Shown: in pieces, positions 17,476 through 27,816 of the stretch
Numbering within the stretch: the stretch's first letter is position 1
Layout of the letters: each line of letters starts with the position of its first letter
DNA from: Thermoanaerobaculaceae bacterium
Lineage (GTDB): Bacteria; Acidobacteriota; Thermoanaerobaculia; Multivoradales; UBA5704
Assembly: GCA_963712665.1 (NCBI GenBank)
Contig: CAVQIV010000026.1
Span: 257,045-321,044, forward strand
Length of the DNA: 64,000 nt
Direction of reading: 5' to 3'
Translations under genes and position numbers: made by a program
The notes under the pieces: generated by a model
Database searches by the model: none
What the model was told of the DNA's origin: nothing
Seen by the model: only the letters and a program-made list of their open reading frames with translations

Positions 17476-20034
17476 ATGGGTCGCATAGCGATCTGGAGAG
17501 ATACGAATTTGGCGGCGGAAGGTTCGAAGCTTTCAAGAGTGGATCTGCGGGGCCGGCTGGCGCGCTGCTCCGTGGACGCGCTGCTATGGACGATGAGTCT
17601 CTTCTGCGGCTGGACGGGCGCGTTCCTGCTGGTGGCGCCCCACCGGTTCCAGACCCCGCCCTACCGGGCCCTCCTCCCGTTCGGCGTCTGGTGGGGGACC
17701 CTGGCGCTGTGCTCCGGCGTGGGGCTGCTCGCGGTGGCCGTGCTGCGCCCGCGCCGCTGGGTGGCCCTCTGCGTCCACGGTCTGGCCGGTCTGACCCTGC
17801 TGGCGCTCGCCGTCAGCTTCGGGCAGGTCGGGGGGTGGACGGGGATGATCGTCTACACCCTCCTCGCCGTGGGGACGTTCTTCGCCGGCCTGCTGCCGCG
17901 GGCCCGGACGGTCATCGAAGGCGGGGACCTCTTCGGGCTCCTGATGGGGTTGATCGCCGCCCTGACGGGCCTGCTGATGCTGATGGCCCCGAGCCTGTTC
18001 CTCAACTCGCTCTATCCCTTGGAGCGGCCCTACCGTCTGCTCCTCGGCCTGATCCTGCTCCTCGTCGGTCCCCTCCTGGCCTACGTGAACCTGGCCTCCG
18101 GACGCAGGAGGCGGGAGGTGTGGATCGTCCACCTGCTGGCCGGCGCCGCCTTCCTGGTCGTCGGCGCTCTGTTCGCGCTGCCTGCCCGTGCCTGGACGGG
18201 GCTGGCCCTCTACTGGGGGGGTGGGGCCGTGGTGGCGGTCCTCCCCTGGCTGCGCGGCTGGCTCGCGGCCATGGACACCTCGGCCCTGCGCGCCCGGCTC
18301 TCGCTCGCCCTGGCCATCGCTTCGACGGTGGCGCTCATCCTGGCCACGGCGCTGGTCACGGCCCAGGAGGAACGCCTGGCGGAGGGCCAGGCGGCCGAGG
18401 TGCAGAGGATCGAGGCCCAGGCCATCGCCCAGAACGTCTCCGACTTCGTGGAGATGAGCGCCGCCCGCACCTTCGCCATCGCCGCCCTGGCAGGACAGGC
18501 GACGATGGCGCCCGAGAGACAGGAGATGCTCCTCGCAGGCTCCCGCCGGTCCTATCCGGACGTGACCGCCTTCCGCACCCTCGATCCCGAGGGCCGGGTG
18601 ATCGCCGCGGCAGGCGGGCCCCTGCCTCCCCGCCTGCTGCGCAACCTTGCCCAGGGGATGGAGCGGGAGAGGGAGCCACGGATCCAACTCCTCGCCGTCA
18701 AAGTCGCGGACCGGCCGATGCTGCTCCTCGGCGCTCCCATCCGCGACGACGCGGGAACACTGGCCGGCCTGCTGGTGGCGGCCTATGACTCCGAAGCGCT
18801 GGGCCAGCGCCTCGCCCGCCCGGGATCCAGCGTCTCCGTGGCCAATGGTCGCGGCGAGCTCATCTCCAACCGTAACGAGGTTCCCCCCACCCTGCCGCAG
18901 CTCCCGCCCTTGCCGAAGGGTTGGGACAGAACGGTTCTGGCGGGCCATCCGGTGAGGCCGTTGGGAGGTGTGGCGGGCTTCGCCGTGGTACCGGGGATCG
19001 ACTGGGTGGTGGCGGTCGAGCGTCCTCGGGCCGCCGCCCTGGCGGGGGTGCGCAGCGGCCGGGACCTCGCCTTCCTGCTCCTCCTGGTCGTCGTCCCCCT
19101 GGCGGTGCTCTTCGGCATCCTCGCGGCCCTGCGCATCGCCCGTCCTCTCCAGACCCTCTCCGGAGCGGTGGACGAGCTGACCGCGGGCAATCTCGAGGCA
19201 CCGCTGGACGAGGGGAGCAAGATCACCGAGGTGGCACGCCTCTCGACCGCCTTCCGCGAGATGCGCGACCGCCTGGCGGCCCGCACCCGGGAGAGCGAAC
19301 GGCTCGCCGCCGAGCTGCGGGCCCGGGCCGATGCCCTGGCCGAGGCCGACCGCCGCAAGGACGAGTTCCTGGCCATGCTGGCCCACGAGCTGCGCAATCC
19401 GCTGGGCGCCATCGCCAACGCCTCCTACTTGCTGGAGCAGCTCGGGCCCACACCGGCCATGGAGAAGGGGGTGGCGATCATCCGGCGCCAGATCCAGCAC
19501 CTGGTGCGCCTGGTGGACGACCTGCTTGACGTGTCGCGGATCACTCGCGGCAAGGTGGAGCTGCGGCGGGAGCCCCTGGACCTGGGGGAGATCGTGCGCA
19601 ACGCGGTCGAGACCATACGTCTGCTGGCCGAGGCCAAGTCCCAGAGCCTGGAGCTGGATCTCTCTCCGGAGCCGCTGCCCGCGGTGGGGGACGCCACGCG
19701 CCTGGACCAGGTGATGGCCAACCTCCTGCGCAATGCCGTGAAGTTCACCGGCGAAGGCGGGCATATTGAGATCACGGCCGAGCGGGTCAATGCCCACGAG
19801 GCGGTGATCAAAGTCCGCGACAACGGCATCGGCATGACCGCCGACCTGCTCCCCCGGGTCTTCGACCTCTTCGCCCAGGGCGAGCAGGCCCTCGACCGTT
19901 CCGGAGCGGGCCTCGGCATCGGCCTCACCCTGGTGCGCAGCTTGGTAGAGCTCCACGGCGGCCGCGTCGAAGCCAGGAGCGACGGCACCGGGATGGGAAG
20001 CGAGCTCGAGGTGCGGCTGCCGCTGACGGCTTAG
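17476..20034 (+). CDS. membrane sensor histidine kinase (multi-TM N-terminus, extracytoplasmic sensor domain, HAMP, HisKA, HATPase)
   Basis: ORF 17476..20034 (852 aa). HAMP segment; H-box FLAMLAHELRNPL; N and G boxes (NLLRNAVKFT, DNGIGM, GLGIGL). Confidence 0.9.
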   Translation: MGRIAIWRDTNLAAEGSKLSRVDLRGRLARCSVDALLWTMSLFCGWTGAFLLVAPHRFQTPPYRALLPFGVWWGTLALCSGVGLLAVAVLRPRRWVALCVHGLAGLTLLALAVSFGQVGGWTGMIVYTLLAVGTFFAGLLPRARTVIEGGDLFGLLMGLIAALTGLLMLMAPSLFLNSLYPLERPYRLLLGLILLLVGPLLAYVNLASGRRRREVWIVHLLAGAAFLVVGALFALPARAWTGLALYWGGGAVVAVLPWLRGWLAAMDTSALRARLSLALAIASTVALILATALVTAQEERLAEGQAAEVQRIEAQAIAQNVSDFVEMSAARTFAIAALAGQATMAPERQEMLLAGSRRSYPDVTAFRTLDPEGRVIAAAGGPLPPRLLRNLAQGMEREREPRIQLLAVKVADRPMLLLGAPIRDDAGTLAGLLVAAYDSEALGQRLARPGSSVSVANGRGELISNRNEVPPTLPQLPPLPKGWDRTVLAGHPVRPLGGVAGFAVVPGIDWVVAVERPRAAALAGVRSGRDLAFLLLLVVVPLAVLFGILAALRIARPLQTLSGAVDELTAGNLEAPLDEGSKITEVARLSTAFREMRDRLAARTRESERLAAELRARADALAEADRRKDEFLAMLAHELRNPLGAIANASYLLEQLGPTPAMEKGVAIIRRQIQHLVRLVDDLLDVSRITRGKVELRREPLDLGEIVRNAVETIRLLAEAKSQSLELDLSPEPLPAVGDATRLDQVMANLLRNAVKFTGEGGHIEITAERVNAHEAVIKVRDNGIGMTADLLPRVFDLFAQGEQALDRSGAGLGIGLTLVRSLVELHGGRVEARSDGTGMGSELEVRLPLTA

Positions 20035-20068
20035 AGGCGCTATACTTTTGCGCGGAGGTGCTGAGGAC

Positions 20069-20317
20069 ATGCAATCGATGAGAGTTACCAAGGCCTACGA
20101 GGAGGTGATCGACTTCATCGCCGCAGAAAGTCCCAGCAAAGTGGTCGCTTTCCGTCCCTCCGAGGCCGTCAAAGCACGGGTCCGCGAGCTCCTCAACCGC
20201 GAGAAAACAGGCACCTTGAACCCTGAGGAGACCGCCGAGCTGGACAATTATCTCCGGCTGGAGCACATCATGCGTCTGGCGAAGGCACGGGCCAAGAAGT
20301 ACCTCTCAACAGACTAG
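20069..20317 (+). CDS. small helical protein upstream of an HNH nuclease (possible cognate partner)
   Basis: ATG 20069 in ORF 20048..20317. Ends 6 nt before the HNH gene. Lower-GC patch. Confidence 0.5.
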   Translation: MQSMRVTKAYEEVIDFIAAESPSKVVAFRPSEAVKARVRELLNREKTGTLNPEETAELDNYLRLEHIMRLAKARAKKYLSTD

Positions 20318-20323
20318 CGTCCG

Positions 20324-20776
20324 GTGAGCACCACCTACATTGGTGCCGAGCTCCGGCAACTCGTCGCGAACCGTGCGGGACGGCTCTGCGAGTATTGCCT
20401 ATTACATGAAGAAGATATGTTTTTCGGCTGTGAAGTGGATCACATCATCAGTGAAAAGCATGGCGGAGGCTCAACTGCAGAGAATCTCGCCTACGCATGC
20501 CTGGCTTGCAATCGGAACAAGGGAAGCGACATTTCATCCATCGTACCGGGCACCCGCGAGCTGGTCCGCCTTTTTAATCCTCGGACCGATCGCTGGGCGG
20601 ACCACTTCCGGCTGGATATGGATGGCATCACGATCGTCCCATTGACACAGATCGGGGAGGCGACTTCAAGGATCCTTCGCTTCAATGACGGCGAGCGTCT
20701 GCTGGAACGCGAGGCCTTGCGGATTATGGGCAGATATCCTACAGAGCCCGCAGCGAAGCGCATCTCCCCGAAGTAA
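20324..20776 (+). CDS. HNH endonuclease
   Basis: ORF 20324..20776. CEYC...EVDHIISEKHGG...NLAYACLACNRNKG matches the HNH/zinc-finger pattern. Confidence 0.85.
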   Translation: MSTTYIGAELRQLVANRAGRLCEYCLLHEEDMFFGCEVDHIISEKHGGGSTAENLAYACLACNRNKGSDISSIVPGTRELVRLFNPRTDRWADHFRLDMDGITIVPLTQIGEATSRILRFNDGERLLEREALRIMGRYPTEPAAKRISPK

Positions 20777-20792
20777 GAGAGGAGAAATCACG

Positions 20793-21545
20793 ATGTCGAT
20801 CGAAAAACCCGAGGACCTGGAAAAGCTGAGTGAGGTGGGCCGGATCGTCGGCCTGACGATTCAGGAGGTGAAGCGGTACGTGCGGCCGGGGATCACCACG
20901 GCTGAGCTGGATGAGGTGGGCGAGCGCTTCCTGGCCGCTCATGGAGCGCATGCGGCGCCGCGGCGGACCTATGGATTCCCGGGCTCCATCATGATCAGCG
21001 TCAACGACGAAGTGGTGCACAGCGTTCCGGGTGACCGCCGCATCCAGGCGGGGGATCTGGTGAAGATCGACATCACGGCGGAGCGGGACGGCTACTTCGC
21101 CGATGCCGCGATCACCGTGGCCGTGCCGCCGGTCGAGAACCTGCAGCACAACATCATCCAGGCCGCCCAGTCGGCCTTCCGCAAGGGGGCCCGGGTGGCT
21201 CGCGCGGGAAACCGGGTGAACGACATCGGCCGGGCGGTGGAGACCGAGGTCCGGCGCCGGGGCTTCACCGTGCTCCGCGAGCTCTCCGGCCACGGCGTGG
21301 GCCGCTCCATCCACGAGGAGCCGGAGGTGCCGAACGTCTACGATCCCAGAAGCTCCCGCCGCTTGACCGAGGGATTGGTGCTCACCATCGAGCCCATCAT
21401 CGCCAACGGCGCCTCCCACGTGAAAGTGGACGGCGACCGCTGGACCACCCGCACCGTGGACGGCAGCCTCTCCGCTCACTACGAGCACACGCTGGTCATC
21501 ACCCGAGATCGGCCGATCCTGGTGACGCAGGTGGCGGAAGGGTAG
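20793..21545 (+). CDS. map: type I methionine aminopeptidase
   Basis: ATG 20793 (RBS GAGAGGAG) in ORF 20685..21545. Motifs FPGSIMISVNDEVVH, DLVKIDI, GHGVGRSIHEEP, LTIEP, YEHT. Confidence 0.95.
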   Translation: MSIEKPEDLEKLSEVGRIVGLTIQEVKRYVRPGITTAELDEVGERFLAAHGAHAAPRRTYGFPGSIMISVNDEVVHSVPGDRRIQAGDLVKIDITAERDGYFADAAITVAVPPVENLQHNIIQAAQSAFRKGARVARAGNRVNDIGRAVETEVRRRGFTVLRELSGHGVGRSIHEEPEVPNVYDPRSSRRLTEGLVLTIEPIIANGASHVKVDGDRWTTRTVDGSLSAHYEHTLVITRDRPILVTQVAEG

Positions 21546-21546
21546 T

Positions 21547-22728
21547 CTAGCCGGCCACGTCGAACTGCGTCCGCACGGGCGCGCCGTGGGCGAAGGCGGG
21601 GCGGTCGAGGGCGAAGAGGGGGAGGGGGGCGCGATCAGCGAGGATCGTTTCGGCGGCGTACTCGCCCAGGGCGGGGCCGAGCTTGAAGCCGTGGCCGGAG
21701 CCGCCGCCTAAGAGCCAGACGTTCGCGGCATGGGGGTGGCGGTCGAAGAGGAGGTGGCCGTCGGGGGTGTTCTCGTACTGGCAGACCCGGGCTTCTACCA
21801 GCGGGGCGCGGGCGAGGTCGGGGAAGCGGCGGGCCACGGCGGCGCGGGAGGCTTCGAGGAGAGAGGGGGTGACGGTGCGCTCGGCGGTGGTGGGGTCGAG
21901 GGGCTCGCCCCGGGTGTCGTCCGCCACCTTGAAGCCGCGGTGCTCGTTGCCGGGGATGCCGTAATAGATCCGCTCGCTGCTCAGGTCGATCCACACTGGG
22001 CAGGCGCCCTCCTGGAAGCGGCGGTCGCCGGGTGGCGTACCGAGGTAGAAGACCTCCTGGCGGGTGGAGAGGAGCCGGCGCTCGCCGATCACTTCGGGGA
22101 AGAGACCGCCGAGCCACGGTCCGCAGGCGAAGACGTAGAGGTCCGCGGCTAGGGTGGAGCCATCGGAGAGGTCGAGATGCTCCAGGCGATCCTTCTGGAA
22201 AGGACCGGGCGCGGCAGCCGCGATCCTAACCTCCCCTCCCTCGGCAACGACCGCCGCGGCTACGGCCTGGCAGGCGCGGCGGGCGAGGAGATAGCCGGCT
22301 TCCTCTTCGAGGTGGATGCTCGCGACACCGTCGAAATCGATCTGGGGGAAACGGTGGCGGGCCTCGGAGAGGCTCAGCTCGGCGATGGCCAGGCCGGCTT
22401 CGGCGAGCAGGGGGAGCGAGGAGCGGACGTAGCCGTCGTCCTCTCCGCTCATCCAGAGGCAGCCGGTGCGCCGGTAGAGGGGCACGCCCCAGCGCGCCTC
22501 GGCCTCGCGCCAGAGGGGGAAGGCGCGGGCCACCCAGTCCACGTAGACCTTGTCGGGTCCGTAGACACCGCGGATGATCCGCGTCTCGCCTCCCGAGCTG
22601 GAGCGGGAGTGGCCGGGACCCCAGGCGTCCAGCAGGGTGACGCGGGCGCCCCGGCGGCGCAGCTCCAGGGCTGTCCAGCCGCCGAAGACGCCGGCGCCGA
22701 TGACCGCGATGTGAGGGGAAGAGGACAT
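21547..22728 (-). CDS. FAD-dependent oxidoreductase (DAO/sarcosine-oxidase-like)
   Basis: ATG 22728 in ORF 21547..22812. Dinucleotide fold IAVIGAGVFGGWTALELRRRGARVTLLD; C-terminal GGSGHGFK. Confidence 0.85.
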   Translation of the reverse strand: MSSSPHIAVIGAGVFGGWTALELRRRGARVTLLDAWGPGHSRSSSGGETRIIRGVYGPDKVYVDWVARAFPLWREAEARWGVPLYRRTGCLWMSGEDDGYVRSSLPLLAEAGLAIAELSLSEARHRFPQIDFDGVASIHLEEEAGYLLARRACQAVAAAVVAEGGEVRIAAAAPGPFQKDRLEHLDLSDGSTLAADLYVFACGPWLGGLFPEVIGERRLLSTRQEVFYLGTPPGDRRFQEGACPVWIDLSSERIYYGIPGNEHRGFKVADDTRGEPLDPTTAERTVTPSLLEASRAAVARRFPDLARAPLVEARVCQYENTPDGHLLFDRHPHAANVWLLGGGSGHGFKLGPALGEYAAETILADRAPLPLFALDRPAFAHGAPVRTQFDVAG

Positions 22729-22732
22729 TCCT

Positions 22733-23639
22733 TTACATAGACCCTTGGGTGGAGAGCACCCCATGCCGGCCGCGGACAGGAGCGTAATACATCGGACAGG
22801 CAGGGAGCGCACTCTGGCGCTGCCGCTCGGCGAGGAGCTTCGCCCAGGGGGACGCAGCGCAGGCCCGCCGTTTTCGCTTGCCGCAGGAAGGTCCGGAAAT
22901 CCTCGGCGTAGGGTCCGCCCTCCAACTCGGAGTGGAGAGTGAAGACGGGCCAGGAGGATCGCGCCGCCTCCTCCACCATGGCCGCGAAAAAAGGAGGCGC
23001 CTCCGAGAAGGTGTCCCCCAAGGCCTCATCCAGGGTCGGAAGGGTGGCGGGGACCTGGGGCGTCTTCAGGGTCCGGCCTCGTACGACCGGGAGGAACGGC
23101 TCGGTGCCCCGGCAGTCGGTCGCATAGGCGAGTCCATAGGTCTCCTCGTGGAGCAGGGCATCGTCGCTGGTCAGCCAGGCTGGAGCCGCGTAGGTGCGAG
23201 GGGTTTCGCCGAAGATGGATTGATAGGCGCGGAACCCCTTGTCGAGCTCGCCGGCCGTCCGCTCGGGAGGGAAGCGGAGGAGGCGGTCCTGCCACTTCCG
23301 GTGATCCCAGGCGTGGACACCCGTTTCGTGACCTTCGTCGCGAATCCGGCGGGCGATCTCCGGGAAGGCGGTGGCGATGGGGCGCGAGGGGAGGAGAGTC
23401 CCCGAGAGAATGGTGCGCAGGCCATAGACCCGGGCCGCGCCCGTACGGGTCATCTTGCGCAGGAATCCCGGACGCAGGGCGTTGAGCACCGCGAGGCCGC
23501 TCCTGTCCGGTCCCATGGAGAGGTAGAAGGTGGCCTTCACCCCTTCTTCCTTCATGACGTCGAGCAGCCGGGGAACGCCGAGGCGCATGCCGTCGTGGGT
23601 GTCGACGTCGACCCGCAGGCCGAGCACCGGGGGAGTCAT
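22733..23639 (-). CDS. arnD: polysaccharide deacetylase family, ArnD-like 4-deoxy-4-formamido-L-arabinose-phosphoundecaprenol deformylase; one frame break near 22870
   Basis: [17 protein letters not shown]...ATFYLSMGPD...HAWDH in ORF 22449..23906. The C-terminus continues in ORF 22733..23029. ATGA overlap with the upstream arnA(DH). Confidence 0.75.
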
Positions 23640-24672
23640 GCCAGAGCGCCCGTGCGCTGCCAGTCTTCGAGGAAGGCCTCGTAGGTGCGCTCCAGGGCCT
23701 CGTCGAGGGTGGTCTCCGGGTTCCAGCCCAGAAGGCGCCGCGCCTTCTCGATCGACGGCTTGCGCGCCACGATGTCCTGGTAGCCCTTGCCGAAGTAGGC
23801 GTCGGAGCTGACCTCCTCCAGGCGCGCCGGCACGAAGCCGGGGAGGGTGTCGCGATGGAGCTCGTGGATGGCCGCCAGCTTCTGCGCCAGCTCGATCACC
23901 GAGCACTCGTTTTTGGGGTTGCCGATGTTGTAGATCTCGCCGTCGCAGACGCCGCCGGGGTTCTCGATGATGCCATCAGCGGGTCGATGCCGTCGTCGAT
24001 GTAGGTGAAGGCGCGCTTCTGCTTGCCGCCGTCGACCAGCTTGATGGGCTCGCCGCGCACGATGTTGCCGAGGAACTGGGTGAGCACGCGCGAGGTGCCT
24101 TCCTTGGCGGCGTAGATGTCGTCGAGCCGCGGGCCGATCCAGTTGAACGGCCGGAAGCAGCGTGTAGCGAGCTCCTCCTGCTGGCCGTAGGCGTCGATGA
24201 CGCGGTCCATGAGCTGCTTGGAGCAGGCGTAGATCCAGCGCTGCTTGTCGATCGGGCCGTAGACCAGAGGGCTCGAGGTCTCGTCGAACTCCTCGTCGGG
24301 GCACATGCCGTAGACCTCGGAGGTCGAGGGGAAGACGAGCCGCTTGCGGTACTTCACGCAGACGCGGACGATCGGCAGGTTCTCCTCGAAGTCGAGCTCG
24401 AAGACCCGCAGCGGCTCCTTGACGTAGGTGGCCGGCGTCGCGATCGCGACGAGCGGCAGCACCACGTCGCACTTCTTGACGTGGTACTCGATCCACTCCT
24501 TGTTGATCGTGATGTCGCCTTCGAGGAAGTGGAACTGCGGGTGGCCCAGGGAGTGGTCGAGCTTGGAGGAGGCGATGTCCATCCCATAGACGTGCCAGTC
24601 GGTCGTGGTGACGATGCGATGGGTCAAGGCATTGCCGATGAAGCCGTTGACCCCGAGGATGAGCACGTTCAT
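23636..24672 (-). CDS. arnA: UDP-glucuronate decarboxylase/oxidase (ArnA C-terminal dehydrogenase domain as a separate gene); one frame break near 23975
   Basis: [16 protein letters not shown]...STSEVYG...YACSKQL in ORF 23896..24687. The C-terminus (GEIYNIGNP...[15 protein letters not shown]) is in ORF 23636..24496. GGAGG lies 8 nt upstream of ATG 24672. Confidence 0.85.
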
Positions 24673-24686
24673 GGACGAAACCTCCA

Positions 24687-25610
24687 TCAGGAGCCGAGAC
24701 GCTCGCCGGGCGTGATGCCCATGGTCAGAGCCAGGGAGCAGGCGGGCAGCTCGGGCTGCCCTTCGAGCTGCAGAGTGACGAGCCGGACCGCAGTATCTCC
24801 GTCGTGGCCAGCCGCCACGGTCATGCCGTCCGCGTCGACCGTGACGACCGTACCTGGCTCAGCGCTCACCCCGGCGACCGGCAGGGCCCACCAGACCAGG
24901 AGCCGGCGACCCCGCAGCGTGGTGAAGGCTCCGGGATAGGGGTGGGTCACGGCGCGCACCAGATCATAGATGCGGCCGGCGGGCCACGACCAGTCGATGC
25001 GCCCGTCGGCCGGCTTGCGCCCGCCGCGATAGGAGCCCTGGGAGAGGTCGAGGGGCACGGCCTGCGCCGTCCCCGCTGCGAGAGCCGGGAGGGCGCGGTC
25101 GAGGAGGCGCCGGGCGGCGTGCTCCAGCTTGCCGTAGAGGGTGAAGGCGGTGTCCGCGGGATCGATCGCCACCCGCTCCTGATCCACCAGGGCGCCGGCG
25201 TCCGGCTTCTCCGCCATGTAGTGGAGGGAGGCGCCGGTCTCCCTCTCCCCCTCGACCAGCACCCAGTTGACGGGCGCCCGGCCGCGGTAGCGGGGCAGGA
25301 GCGAGCCGTGCAGGTTGAGGGCTCCCCTCCCTGCCTGAGCGAGCACTGCGGGCGGGATCATGAGGCGATAGTAGAAGGAGAAGAGGAAGTCCGGCGCATA
25401 CGAGGCCACGAGGTCCCGCACGGCCGGGTCCTTCGCGTCCTCCGGATAATGCACCGGGATGCCCCGGGCCTCCGCGCGGGCGGCCAGCGACTCCCACCAG
25501 ATTTCCTCGTGGGGGTCGTCGCGATGGGTGAGGACGGCGGCCACCTCGAAACCGTGGGCGAGCAGGGCGTCGAAGCCCAGGCAGCCCATGGTGTGGTAGC
25601 CCATCACCAC
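24687..25610 (-). CDS. arnA: UDP-4-amino-4-deoxy-L-arabinose formyltransferase (ArnA N-terminal domain), in frame with arnC upstream
   Basis: [34 protein letters not shown]...[18 protein letters not shown] aligns with E. coli ArnA 1-300 (from memory). No stop codon separates it from the ArnC C-terminus in ORF 24687..25853. Confidence 0.85.
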   Translation of the reverse strand: MVMGYHTMGCLGFDALLAHGFEVAAVLTHRDDPHEEIWWESLAARAEARGIPVHYPEDAKDPAVRDLVASYAPDFLFSFYYRLMIPPAVLAQAGRGALNLHGSLLPRYRGRAPVNWVLVEGERETGASLHYMAEKPDAGALVDQERVAIDPADTAFTLYGKLEHAARRLLDRALPALAAGTAQAVPLDLSQGSYRGGRKPADGRIDWSWPAGRIYDLVRAVTHPYPGAFTTLRGRRLLVWWALPVAGVSAEPGTVVTVDADGMTVAAGHDGDTAVRLVTLQLEGQPELPACSLALTMGITPGERLGS

Positions 25611-26595
25611 CGTTCGCGTCCCTTCACTCGGCGTCTCCACCCCGCCGGGGGCTCCGACGCCGTCGCGGATCACCTGGCGGACGATGAAGCGGGGCCGGTG
25701 GCGCACCTGCTGATAGATCCGCCCCACGTACTCGCCCAGGAGGCCGATGGCGAAGAGCTGGGTCCCGAGGAAGAAGAAGACCAGGGCGAAGAGGGTGAAG
25801 ACGCCGCTGACCGCCCAGCTCTGACCGTAGATCAGCCGGCCGGCGATCAGCACCGAGGCCGAGGACCATGGAGATGACCGCCATCACGACGCCGACTCCC
25901 ATGGTGACGCGCAGGGGGAGCACGGAGAAGCTGGTCATCAGGTCGAACTGCAGCCGGACGAGCTTCAGGAAGCTGTACTTGCTGGTGCCGTGGTGGCGTT
26001 CGTCGTGAGCCACCGGCACCTCGGTGACGCGGCCGGCGAACAGGTCGGCGAGCACGGGGATGAAGGTCGAGATCTCCCGCGACGAGGCGAGCACCTTGAC
26101 CACCGGCCGGCGGTAGGCCCGCAGCATGCAGCCGTAGTCGGTGAGCTGGACGCCGGTCGCGACGGCGGTCATCCGGTTGATGATCCGCGAGGCCACGCGG
26201 CGCAGCAGGGGGTCCTGGCGGTGGACGCGCACCGAGCCCACCACGTCGTAGCCCTCCTCCATCTTGGCCACCAGCTTGGGGATCTCCTCCGGCGGGTTCT
26301 GCAGGTCGGCATCCAAGGTGACGACGACCTCGCCGCGGCAGACCTCGAAGCCGGCGAAGACGGCGGCGTGCTGGCCGTAGTTGCGGTTGAAGTCCACCAC
26401 CACGAGGTGGGGATCGCGGGCCGAGGCCTCCTCGAGAAGGGCGAGCGAGCGGTCACGGCTGCCGTCGTTGACCAGCACGACCTCGTAGGGCTTCCCCAGG
26501 GGGACCAGGGTGCGGGTGAGCCGGTCCAGCAGCTCCGGGAGGTTCTCCTCCTCGTTGAACACGGGAATGACCACGGAAAGGTAGGGATCGGCCAT
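25611..26595 (-). CDS. arnC: undecaprenyl-phosphate 4-deoxy-4-formamido-L-arabinose transferase (GT2, ArnC); one frame break near 25860; apparently fused to the formyltransferase
   Basis: MADPYLSVVIPVFNEEENL...VNDGSRD...LDADLQNPPEEI in ORF 25624..26721. TM C-terminus GLLGEYVGRIYQQVRHRPRFIVRQVI is in ORF 24687..25853. Confidence 0.85.
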
Positions 26596-26609
26596 GCGCA
26601 GTCCTCCCT

Positions 26610-27789
26610 TCAGTCCCTGGCGTGCACGAGCACGTCCTTCACGGCGTCCACCACGTAGCGCACGTCGTCCTCCGTCATCATGGGGAAGAGCGGCAGCGAG
26701 CAGATGCGGTCCGAGGCCCACTCCGCTTTCGGCAGCGAGCCCGCCACCTCAGGGTACTTGCCGGCGTAGTAGGGCTGGGTGTGGACGGCCCGGAAGTGGA
26801 GGCCGGTGCCCACGTTGCGCTGCCTCAGGGCAGCCATGAATTGATCTCGCGTCATCCCGGCCGCGTCCAGCACCTTGACCACGTAGAGGTGCCAGGTGTG
26901 GAAATGATCGTAGGACGGCACGCCCGGCCGGCCGATCTCCGGCACTTCGGCGAAGAGCTCGTGATAGAGGGCTGCCAGCTCGCGCCGCCGGGCGTTGAAC
27001 TCGTCCACCGAGGCGAGCTGGTGGATGCCGAGCGCGGCCTGGATGTCCATGAAGTTGTACTTGAACCCCGGCAGCACGATCTCCACCTGCGGCGTCCCTC
27101 CCTCGGCGTAGCGGTTCCAGGCCTGCTTTTCGAGGCCATGAAAGCGCAGGGCCCGCGAGCTTCCTCGCGAGGTCGGGATCGGAGAGGGTGAGCATGCCGC
27201 CCTCGCCGGTCGTCATGTTCTTGATGGGATGGAAGGAGAAGACGGACAGGCGGTCGAAGAGCCCCACGTGCCGTCCTTTGTAGAGGGTCCCCACGCCGTG
27301 GGCCGCGTCCTCGAAGATCCACAGTGAATGCCGGCGGGCGATCTCGAGCAGCGGGTCCATGTCGCACGGAGCGCCCCCGAAGTGGACGGGGAGGATGCCC
27401 ACCGTCCGCTCGGTGATCGCCGCCTCGACGGCCGCGGGATCGATCTGCAGGGTGTCGGGATCGATCTCCACGAACACCGACGTGCCGCCCAGCGCCTCCA
27501 CCATGTTGGCGGTGGCGGCCCAGGTCATGGTGGTGATGATCACCTCGTCCCCCGGCTTCACCCCAAGGGCGATGAGCCCGATGTGGAGGCCGCCCGTGGC
27601 CGAGGAGACGGCGAGCACCTCGGGCGCGCCCACGTAGGCGGCGAAGTCCTTCTCGAAGCGCTCGGCCTTGGGGCCGGTGGTGATCCAGCCCGAACGCAGG
27701 GTGTCCACGACCTCGTCGATCTCCAGTTGGCGGATGGTCGGCCGGGAGAAAGGCAGGAAGGTGTCGCGCTTCACGAAGGGCTTGGACAT
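26610..27789 (-). CDS. arnB: UDP-4-amino-4-deoxy-L-arabinose--oxoglutarate aminotransferase (DegT/ArnB family); one frame break near 27140
   Basis: ORF 26749..27789 (FLPFSRP...SATGGLH...FSFHPIKNMTTGEGG) continues in ORF 26610..27086 (LRFHGLEKQAWNRY inferred, then FKYNFMDIQAALG...). Confidence 0.9.
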
Positions 27790-27816
27790 TTCGGGGAAGT
27801 CTCCGGAACCGGGCGG

